DNA from: Vicugna vicugna
Taxonomy: Eukaryota
DNA: 64,000 bases
NCBI GenBank assembly: GCA_013265495.1
Contig: MU057398.1
Span: forward strand, 1 to 64,000
Direction: 5' to 3'
Under the pieces are notes generated by a model. It ran no database searches and had not been told where the DNA came from. It saw only the letters and a list, made by a program, of their open reading frames with translations. The translations under genes and the position numbers were made by a program. Positions 14,300 to 24,510 of the stretch are shown here, one piece after another. The number at the start of each line of letters is the position of its first letter. The first letter of the stretch is position 1.

Positions 14300-14830
14300 A
14301 GTCCTACACTTAATTTGTTTTTAAAAAAGGAATGAATTAATGGCTTAGTAAAAGCTAGAAAACAGTGACCATGGGGGTTTGATTACCAGTTAGCTTTGTG
14401 AACCAACAGTCTGATATAAAATGGGCACATTTCCTGAGGCTGTGTTAATAGGAGTATAGGCCATAAGCAAGGAGGAAGAGCATTGTTCAGCTTTTCTTAA
14501 CTCTTGTTGAACCAGACTTCGAGTGTCACATTTTCGCTCAGAGACACTTTGAAAGGAAAAAGACAAAAATTGATTCCTAAAAGACAGTGACCAGAATGGC
14601 AAAGGGGCACCAATTGGAGTCATAAAGAGAAGTCAGAGGAGCGTGGGATGTTTGCCCTAGAAGAGAAGGTGCAGGCAGACATGGTAACCAATCAGGTGTG
14701 GCTCAAAAGAGGAGAGCTGGACTTCAGCTTCTAACTCTGACAGTGACTAGTCCTCCCACCATACACCACTATAGAGTGGAAGCAAGGAGATGACATGACT
14801 GCTTTCCCTGCTGGAGGATCGGCAGCCAAG
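14300..14830 (+). mobile_element. Ancient L3/CR1 fragment
   Basis: ggctgtgttaataggagtatag and ggatgtttgccctagaagagaagg resemble the CR1 RT 3' region. Confidence 0.45.
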
Positions 14831-15219
14831 ACTACATTACCAAGAGAAGGAAACAGCCCAGGGAGGTCCTGCCATTTCTGCGACCCTCTGCCTCTGTCTC
14901 TGGCCCAAGGCAGGGCAGCAGATGCAAGAGGACAGAAGATATCAGGCAGAGAAGCCATGGCTGCTGCGGGGCTGAGAGCAAAACAGCAATACCAAAGGCT
15001 CAGCAGTGGAAGGTCTGCCTGGACCCCTCGTCAAACTCAAACATCCAGATAAGATGCCAGAAAGGTCACATCCCAGGAGTGAGGACCATGCCCAGGATAA
15101 TGGACCATTTCAGATCTGCCCAAACAAAAGCCAAAAACTCTGCTTTGACAAAAGGCAGAGGTAAGACAAGTTGGGGAGAGTGAGTCCTTTTAACTAAGGG
15201 GGGCTCTCAATCATTTTGT

Positions 15220-16260
15220 CCCTGCTGCTGCTGTCCTTCACATCACCCCTCTTTTAACCTCTCCAAGGACCAATGCGCAAATGTTCTGGGCAACTCTGCA
15301 AGCATGGTCCAGTGATCTGGATTGCCATGAGGTGCAGCAGATGGAGGGCTGCCCTAGGGTTGAGATGGCACTGAAGGGAGGAAGGGCAGGCCAGCTGGGC
15401 TGCTCCATGCCCCCAGCCGACCCCTGCCCTGGTGGCAGTGGGCCGGGTCACCTGTATACCTATTTGTGCTCCTGTGCCCCCAGGTCTGACTGACAAGGAG
15501 ACTGCCCAGGGTGGGGGCTCCAGTTCCAGGGCCGAGGCCTGACTCCTCCCAGAGGGGAGCTGCTTCAGGAGGGAAGGACACAGGGAATGGATGGAGAAGC
15601 AGCCTGGCCATATGGGAAAGGGTCCCCGAGGGGGCGGGAGGTGTACGAGCCTCTCTCTCCCCCTCCTTTGGGCGGCTGTCTGCCAACCACACCAGGCGAA
15701 TCCCCTGACTTAGCAGGAGAGCAGGGTGACTGGTGGCCAACAGGTAGAGTGGCTCAGGTGGCCTCTCGGAGGTCCTGGAAGGGGCAAGAGTGGGAGCAGG
15801 TCGGGGAGGAACCGAACCACACCCAGGTAGGGCCAAAGACCCCTGGTTCCTGGGGGTGGAGGGCAGGCCCCACAGACCTCAGGGCTCTGGGCTCTGACTG
15901 TGGGAAAGTTCCTGCTGATGCAGGTCTCTAGGTGCCCCCAAAGAGGGCCTGGAGGGAAGTGGGGAGGCCTCATCCTGCCTGCCCTGCAGGTGGTCACCCC
16001 GCTGACTCAAGGCCCCAGCAGATCTAGTGATGGAAACCGCCTTCTACCTCTGTAGGACATGCCTCTCAGAGCAGGGGCCAAGGACACATCCTGGGGTCTA
16101 TTTCTTTCATTGTTTCCCAACAAGGGGCCCCATGTCTGGTGCATTCCTCTCCAGGAACCAGGCATAGGGGCTGGGGCATTCAGTGGGGTTTGTTGCTGGC
16201 CTATTTCCTCACATCTGGGGTGGCTGTTCCGTTTGGTGGGGCCAGCCCCTCTGCCACCAT
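15220..16260 (+). repeat. Left arm of a 1,041-bp perfect inverted repeat
   Basis: Compared block by block, it is the exact reverse complement of 30511-31551 with no mismatch or indel. Mirrored ORF translations are identical. Confidence 0.98.
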
Positions 16261-16399
16261 TTGGGCACACAGAGAGGAAGGGATTAAAAGTCCATGCTCC
16301 AAGTTCCCACAGTCTTCCAAGGGAGAGAGGCAATGGAGGTCTTGTGGTCATCACCATGAAGGTCTAAAGAGGCTAGGCCATTGGGGCCTGTTAACTCTC

Positions 16400-17489
16400 A
16401 AAGCTTCCTTTGAGGGCAAAGACTTCCACTGAGGAGAAACTACTGGGAATAGAATACAAATAAAACAACACAGGAACAATAGGGGCAGAGAAAAGAGAAG
16501 ATCCAGATACAAATGAGGGAGGAGAACAAATTCAGATCACAGAAAGGTGACAAGTTTTAACAGTTCTCAAAGCCAACAGAAGAGGGCGTTCTTCATATTT
16601 GAGATTAGAAAGTTTGTCATTTATCTCGTACAGATTTGGGGTGAAAATGAGTAACAGGAAGAAATCAAAGGCAAATCTCACATAAAGTTATTAAAATAAA
16701 AGAGAGAATACAGAGCAGAATAACATCCCTCTAGATATTGAAAGCATCCTGGAAAAAAATACATGAAACAGATGAAACTACAATCATTTATTGTAAAGCA
16801 AGCTAAAGCCATTAAGAAAATGTTTCAAAACGTGAAGGAACAGTATATATCAGAGTTAGAAAGACTCAGAAATGAGATAATAGAAAAGAATTGGAAATAA
16901 AATATTTAAAAGATTTTTACCTTCAGAAATTAACACTAAATTAAAAAAAACTGAGAGTGAATAAATACAACATAGAATGCCTTAAGAAAAATAGAAGAAA
17001 ATATGAGAATTTGTTAAAGAAAGATAAATAAAGAGATAAAGAGAATTTGAAAGAAAATGACAAATATAGAAGGCAAGCAAAAAAATCTAATATACATATA
17101 ATAGGAGTCCCCAAAGATTAAAAATTACCAAAGCAAAGAAAAAGAACAAATACTAAAATATATAATTCAAAAAACAGTTCCTAGCAAAAAATAAGATTCA
17201 AAACTATGAATTCAAAGTGTACACCATGTACCCAGAAAAATCACCCCCAAACAAGCAAAACGAAAACATATTCTAGTAAAGTTTTTGGATTAAAGAAAGA
17301 AAATTTATTTGGATATCTAGGCAAAAAGAATAAGTATACAGTGGAAAGGAAATGAGACTCTGCTCAAATTTTTCAACAGCAGCACTTTCCACCAGAAGAA
17401 AATTTAAGATAATCATCAAGGGGAAAACATCTGAGCCAAGGATTTTATATCCAACCAAGCTCACTTTCAAGTGTAAATACAGCAAACTC
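16400..17489 (+). mobile_element. Ancient L1/HAL1 ORF1-like fragment
   Basis: A-rich, with ataggagtcccc (IGVP) and ccaaggattttatatccaaccaagctcactttc (PRILYP.KL.F) ORF1 motifs. Confidence 0.6.
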
Positions 17490-17525
17490 TCGGAGGCCAG
17501 ATCAAGATGGTGGAATAGAAGGATG

Positions 17526-17775
17526 TTTTAATTGGGAGTGGTTCCTCTGCTTCTTCACGTTACTTATGTTTCTCTGGCTCTATGAGTTTAGGAGAAACGG
17601 GTATCCACTGTGGTCTTGAAGGGCCGTTTTTATGTGGGAATGTCCGTGTAGACTGCGTAAGTCTAATGTTTTTGGTGTGAGGGCTGTTTTTATTATGGAT
17701 GCCTGCCACGCCTTTCTTCAGTGTGTGCTGGCCATTACTCCCTTGATGGGGGTGTGATTGGTTTTGTGGTGACCA
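17526..17775 (-). repeat. Inverted copy of L1 segment 19344-19593
   Basis: 17526-17710 is the exact reverse complement of 19409-19593 (185 bp). The remaining 65 bp has 5 mismatches. Confidence 0.95.
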
Positions 17776-18166
17776 CATCTCCTCCCACAAATACATCAAA
17801 AGTATATCTATACATGGAACAATTCTCACCTGCTGAATGCTGGCAGAAGATCTCATAACACCAGGATTGCAAGAAAGAGCACCACACAACCAGGTAGGAT
17901 GAAAGAAAAAAGGGGGGGTGGATTGGGAAGGGACCTGTGCCCTTGGAAGAAAGCTGTGAAGGAGGAAAGGTTTCCTCACCCTGGGAAGTCCCTCCATCAG
18001 CAAGGACATTAGCCAGGACAGAAAGGGAGCGTCAGAGGCTCAGCGGAGGGCGTAGCAACTGATCTGCAGCCGGCAGCTCGGGGGCAGGCCCGCCCGGGCT
18101 CGACACCGTCCTGCTGCTTCCCAAGACTGGGACCTGTGTCTGCTGGTGCCTTCAGGGGCTGAGTGC

Positions 18167-18667
18167 TGTGAAGGAAAAGTACTGCAAGCCATATATGTCA
18201 GTCAACAGAGAGTGCTGAAGCCATCAAGTCATCAGCGGCTGCCGCCATCCCCCAGTGGAGACCAGCCTGCAGCCCGGCCTCTGCAGCACTCACAATGGTG
18301 CCCTCTGAGGGGACTCAGAATAAGACAGGACAGGACACTGGCCCTAGCCAGCTAGGTGCTTGTCAAAGGAAGGAATTCAGTGAGCCCAAATGTTTGCTTC
18401 CTCCCATACATAGAAAAGCGCTAAATTCTTTAACTTGAGATGCCTGGTTTTCTTTAGTTAAAAAGTAAGCTTTTAATGCTCCTACTACCTGATCTCTGTT
18501 GTAAAGCTCCTGTATATCCTAGCCGTTCCCCTACCTCTTCGGAGCAGTCCCTCAGAGCCATGTGAGAGGGTGTCATCCCGGGCTCGAAGGGGTTCGAGTC
18601 CTCAGAAATGTCCACCAAATAAAACGTAACTCTCAACTTTTAGGCTGCGCATTTATTTCAGTCGACA
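18167..18667 (+). mobile_element. ERV (class I-like) solo LTR inserted in the L1 5' UTR
   Basis: TG...CA ends (tgtgaagg...gtcgaca), 4-bp TSD gtgc/gtgt, AATAAA at about 18618. L1 sequence rejoins across it. Confidence 0.85.
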
Positions 18668-20185
18668 GTGTTGAAACTCTGGCTTCGGAGAACAAACCCA
18701 GGGTGATGACTGGGGCTGGCTGTGCAGGGGAAGCCTGAAGGCGCTGGGGCGAGCTCCAGACCACAACCTGGGGTGTGCACAGGAAGGAGCCCGGTGCACC
18801 CTGGAAGCCCCAGTGCTAATGCACATGCATGAAGGGAGGGGGAAGGCCTGCTATAGCAGCTCTATTCTCGGCATGCTCACAGCCGGTGTGTCTCCAGCTG
18901 CAGGCTCCGCAAGGTGTGTGCACACGGAGTTTGGGCTGACTCAGTAGCTCCCACAGTGGGTCCAGTTGCACAACTACAGCAACCCCATTGCCCGGCCTCA
19001 GCGGCTCTGCACTAGTGGCTTTGTGAGCACAGCACTGAGGGATACCCAAGCCAATTGTCTCTATTCCCACAGTTGAGGCATGGCTAAGGGCAGTGCCAAA
19101 AACAGCACAATGAGTGACAGACAACATCACAAAGTGCATTTCCTGGTGGATATCTCCTGCAGAGGAGAAGTCAGTGGCTCATCTCCCAGCAGGAGCACTC
19201 CAGTCTCACCTACCTCACACTGCAGTTCAGAAGCAAATCCAGAGGTGTCTACTCTAACAACTGGGGAGCAGACCCTGCCCCCAACAGGGCTGTGACAACC
19301 ACAGAGCAAAGAAGAGGCCCTGCTCAACATCCAGTGCAGGCTCTGATCACCACAACACCAATCACATCCCCATCAAGGGAGTAATGGCCAGCACACACTG
19401 AGGAAAGACGTGGCAGGCATCCATAATAAAAACAGCCCTCACACCAAAAACATTAGACTTACGCAGTCTACACGGACATTCCCACATAAAAACGGCCCTT
19501 CAAGACCACAGTGGATACCCGTTTCTCCTAAACTCATAGAGCCAGAGAAACATAAGTAACGTGAAGAAGCAGAGGAACCACTCCCAATTAAAAGATAAAG
19601 AGAATTCCTGTGAAAGAACAAACTGTGAAACTGACATTTCCAGTTTACCAGATTCTGAGTTCAAAAAGAAGGTAATGAAAATACTGAAGAAATTAAGAAA
19701 GGCTATCCATAGTAATGCAGATTATCGTAAAAAGGAACTAGAAACTATTTTAAAAAAGAGCCAATTAAAATTAGAAAATTTATTTGCCAAGACACAAGCT
19801 GAACTAAAGGCAAAAATTAGCAAACTGGATAATGCAGAAGAACAAATAAGTGATCAGAAAGATAGAATAATGGAAATCACCCAATCAGAACAGCAGACAG
19901 AAAGACACATTTTAAAAAATGAAAGCAATATACAAGAACTATGGGATAATATGAAGCATCCCAATCTATGCATAATAGGGGTGCCAGAAGGAGAAGAAAG
20001 AGGAAAAGGGATCAAAAACATATTTGAAGAAATTATGGCTGAAAACTTCCCAATCCTAAAGAAGGAAACGGATATCCAGGTACAGGAAAGACAGAAGGTC
20101 CCAAACAAGATGAACCCAAACAGACCTACACCAAGATATATTGTAGTTAAAATGGCAAAATTTAAAGCTAAAAAGAGGATTCTAA

Positions 20186-20310
20186 ACACAACCCTTGACT
20201 TTAGCTCAGTGAGAACCATGTTGGACTTCTGACCTCCAGAACTGTAAAGCATTTGTGTTGTCTTACTGTATCTATGTCATTTGTTACAGAAGCAATAGAA
20301 AGCTAATATA
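20186..20310 (+). mobile_element. MLT1 3' fragment
   Basis: ttggacttctgacctccagaactgtaa..ttgttacagaagcaatagaaagctaata. Confidence 0.7.
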
Positions 20311-20769
20311 GAGTCCGTTTAGAGAAGTACATATTTATCTCCTATTTATCTCTAAATGAATTAGATTATCAAATGCCTGAGGGCAGAAACCAGGTCGGTC
20401 TTCCTGGTCTTTCCCTGGCATCCAGCACAGTGCCTTACACATTACTAATGTTTAATCCATTTCTAAGATTATTGTAAATAAGATGTGTGAAGAAGATTGC
20501 ATTAAAATAAAGTAACAGTAAGGTATCAGTGAGAAATATTCTATTTTCCTTAGATTTGTTTATTATTATTACTGTTATTATTATTACTATTATAAACTGC
20601 CTTGTGAAGTCTCTTATTGTATCATTGTTTAAATTTGATGACATGATTTAATTTCCTTTGTGTTCACCTTACATCCCCAACAGACTGATTACAACAGATT
20701 GATTACTGCAGGGCAGGAATTATTGCCCAGACTTCTCAGCACCCTAGCAGTATGTATGCATCTTGCTCA

Positions 20770-21185
20770 ATAGATTTCTAGTGCTGTTGTAACAAATTGC
20801 CACAAAGTAGGTGACTTAAACAACAGAAATATATCTTCCACAGTTTTGGAGACCAGACGTCCAAGATCAGAATATCAACAGGATTGATTCCTTCAAAGGG
20901 TTGGGAAGGAAGATTCTGTTCCAGGCCTCTTTCCTTCACTTGTGAATGACTGTCTTCTCTCTGTGTCTTCACGCTGTCTCCCCTCTGTGTGTGTCCATGG
21001 CTATGTCCCAATTTCACCTTTTTATAAGGGCACCAGTCATCCTGGATTAGGACCCACCCTGATGACCTCATATTGACTAATTACATCTGCAATGATCCTA
21101 TTTCCAAATAATGTCACATTCTGAGGTCCTGGGCATTAAGACTCCAACATATCTTCCAGAGGGAAATATAATTCAACCCACAACA
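20770..21185 (-). mobile_element. MLT1-type MaLR LTR
   Basis: gctgttgtaacaaattgccacaaa..ggattaggacccaccct..attcaacccacaaca. Confidence 0.85.
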
Positions 21186-21994
21186 TCCTCAAAACACCCT
21201 CTGATCGCTATCACCCCACATCCATAGTGTGGTGATATAATTATTGCCTTCCACATTGCAAACCAAGTTGAATTCCCAACCAATGCATTTCCTTTCTATG
21301 GACTTGGATCATGTTAAGGGAAAAAAAGAGGTCCTCACAAACCTCCTCCTTGCCACACCAGAGGGCAGGCATTGTGCAGGAGAATGACTGGCCAATGAAT
21401 GAATGAAGACTGTGGCTTTCAGCAGTAGTGACTGGACACCCAAGGTTGCTGGTGGGCTGGGATGTGAGCAGCTTACCAGAATGCTGTGCCGTGAGATGAA
21501 CAGCTGTGAGACCAGCACAAGGCCAGGCTACAAAGCAAGCGTGAGGAAGCAGAGGCCAGGGCCTTCTGGCCTGGGATGGGAAAGCTGGAGGCAGGAAGGT
21601 CATGCTTGGGAATGTGGAAGGTGACTGAGGGTTTTGGAGTAAAGAACCACTTGAGAACTGGATGAATTATATGGGCCCTCCTCTGGAAACAGGCACATAT
21701 TCACAGACTCACAGAAGGATGGGCATTCACAGGCAGGGCATCCACAGGCATCCTGGCCCCATTTGTGGCTGCAATGTGAGCTGACTCCCCCCAACACCAA
21801 ATAAGAACAAAACTGAACTGAAGAATGGAAGAGAAAGGAAGCTTTATGCTGCTCCCATGATGATGCATTTTCATTGTAACAGACACTGGGGGAAATCAGG
21901 ACAAAAACAATCAATGATTTGATTTATTTACAGAATTTTTATTTGAAAATTTAGGAGAGGCTTGTTTTTTGTTTTTAAAAAAGAAAAGCTAGCA

Positions 21995-22725
21995 AACGGT
22001 CAGGCAGCTCTTCAAAAGGTTAAACATAGAATTACCATACAATCCAGCAATTCCACTTCTGGATATCTACCCAAAAGGATCAAAATCAGGGTCTCAAAGA
22101 AATATTTGTGCATTCATGTTCATAGCAGCATTATTCACAATAACCAAAACATGGAAGGAACCCAAGTGTCCACTGATGGATGAATGGACAAAGAAAATAT
22201 GGTCTATCCAGACAAAGGAATGTTATTGCACCTTAAAAAGGAAGGAAGTTCTGACATCTGCTACAACATGGATGAAGCTTGAGGACTTTATGCCGAGTTC
22301 AGTAAGTCAGACACAAAAGAAGAGTGTATGATTTCATTTGTATGAGGTCCGTAGAGCAGTCAGATTCATGGAGACAGAAAGTAGAATGGTGTTTACCAGG
22401 GGCTGGGGGAGGAGGGACTGTGGAAGGGGGAGGGGGAGTTAGTGTTTAGTGGGGACAGAGTTTCACTTTTGCAAGGTGAAAAAGTTCTGGAGATTGGTTG
22501 TACAATCACATGAGTATACTTAACACTCCTGAACAGTACACTTAAAATGGTTAAGATATTCATGTAAAATTTATGTTACATGTATTTTACCACCATTAAA
22601 AATGAGTGTGTATATGTCCATGAATGACTGAAAAATTGTGCTGAACACTGGAATTTGACACAACACTGTAAAATGATTATGAATCAATAAAAAATGTAAA
22701 AAAATGTTTTAAAAAGAAAAAGAAA
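21995..22725 (+). mobile_element. L1 3' end (L1MA/MB-like) with an appended younger L1 tail
   Basis: MFIAALFTITKTWKEPKCP..DEW peptide, then a second tail tgaatgactgaaaaattgtgctgaacac..aataaaaaa. Confidence 0.85.
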
Positions 22726-23832
22726 ACCTAGCTAAGCATTTTAATTTCAGCATACTAACACTCCACATTACAAATAAGGACGAGCAATTTCAACCACGGG
22801 AATTTTAGAAACTCTGAAACTGCTGACAGCCAGTTAAAACCACCTTGTACTGACATTTCTGATCCACAACCCATCTGGGAGATGAGGCTTTCAATATCCA
22901 GCGCTGGCCTGCAGAAGATGCACAGGCTGTCTGAGCAGCACAATCAGCATCCTGAATTCAAAGGTCTAGGACAATGGGAAGGAGCCTCAAGAAATAGTCT
23001 GGCTACTGCTGTTTTATAAATAGTCACATCGCTGACCTGCTAGAAGTCACTTGGCAATTCCTGGAAGAAAAGTCTTTTCTTCTAATGTACCCAGAATGCT
23101 TAGCCTGAGCATCCTGGCCTGATGTGGCCAGCCCCTGGCTATAGTGTGTGCACTGGAAACCTAGGGACTGGCTCACACACCTCTCAACTCCTACCCCTAG
23201 CTTTGTGTGTGCCTGCGTGGACCCCTCCCTCCCACCTCTTTAATTGGCAGATCACTAACAAAGTCCTCTTCTCTGTCCTCTGTGCTGAATAAAAACATAC
23301 ATAAACAAGTAGATGGCACAAACATTTTTGTCCTTTGGATTGATTCATTCTTGATTGGAAAACAATCTGGGTTAAGATCAAGAGGAATTTGTGATTTCTT
23401 TCCCACCCTCTGAAAACACAGGAATGTAAACTGAGTTATCCCAGTCGACCACAAAGCTGAGTTCTGGTGTTTATCTAACTGAAAGCCTATTTAATTTTAG
23501 CACAGAGAGGCATTCATTCATTTGACAAGCACTTTCAGAGCACCTCTGACATGCCAATGACTAGGCTGGGAACTGGGGTTCCAGCACACCCCAGCACTGC
23601 ACGCACAAACCAGCGCCCAGTGGAGGAGATGTGGAAACACGCACTTGGAAATCAGAGGATGCACGCTACAAGATCAAAGATGATGGAAGCCAGAGGACTC
23701 AGCAGATAGGGACGGCTTCCAGAGGGAACTCTTTAAGCAGAAAAAGGCATAATGAGTCACCCAGGCCAAGGGGCGGGAATAAGAGGCAAAGAGAAGCACT
23801 GACAGGCAAAAAGGAGCATAGTGAGTCAAAAG

Positions 23833-24510
23833 TGGGGATGGCAAACTGCTTCTGTAAAGGGCCGGAGGGTAAATATTTTCAATTTTGCGGGCTCAACTCT
23901 GCTGGAAATGAATGGGCGTGGCTGTGTGCTGATACAGCCCTCCTTATGACACACATTTGAATTGCATATAATTTTCACATGTCATGGAGATATTTTTCCT
24001 TTGATGTTTTTAAAATTCAATCCACTTTTTTTTTCTATTAAAATATGGTCAGTTTGCAATGTTGTGTCAATTTCTGGTGCACAGCATAATGTTTCAGTCA
24101 CAGATATACATACATATATTCCTTTTCATATTTTTTATTATAGGTTACTACAAGATATTGGATATAGTTCCTTGTGCTATACAGTAGAAACTTGTTATTT
24201 ATCTAGTTTATATAGAAGTTAGTATCTACAAATCTTGAGTTCCCAATTTATCCCTTCCCAACCGCTTTCCCCCCGGTAACCATAAGTTTGTTTTCTATGT
24301 CTGTGAGTCTGTTTCTGTTTTGTAAATAAGTTCATTGTGTCTTTTTAGATTCCACATATAAGTGATATCATCTGGTATTTTTCTTTCTCTTTCTGGCTTG
24401 CTTCACTTAGAATGACGATCTCTCAACCATTTTAAAATGTTAAAAACCATTCTTTACTTGCCAGTCATACAAAAATAGATGATGGGTTGGATTTGGCTGA
24501 GCCCTGGTCT
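23833..24510. mobile_element. MER58-type hAT MITE interrupted by an antisense L1 3' tail (about 24026-24422)
   Basis: gggatggcaaactgcttctgtaaagggcc start. The MER sequence resumes at tcaaccattttaaaatgttaaaaaccattc, with an imperfect TSD tcaatccac / tcaaccat. Confidence 0.75.

Larger units (their letters stand above)
17490..20185 (+). mobile_element. Younger L1 5' UTR plus ORF1, 3'-truncated
   Basis: 5' end ..gatcaagatggtgga..; ORF 19561-20232 is L1 ORF1p-like (IIGVPEGEER, IFEEIMAENFP, RPTPRYIVVKM). It is cut at about 20185 and abuts an MLT1 3' fragment. Confidence 0.9.

Noticed and set aside
15254..16432. Many overlapping ORFs in the inverted-repeat arms (mirrored at 30455-31571)
   Set aside because: GC-rich stop-poor sequence open in several frames on both strands, with no recognisable domain or exon structure.
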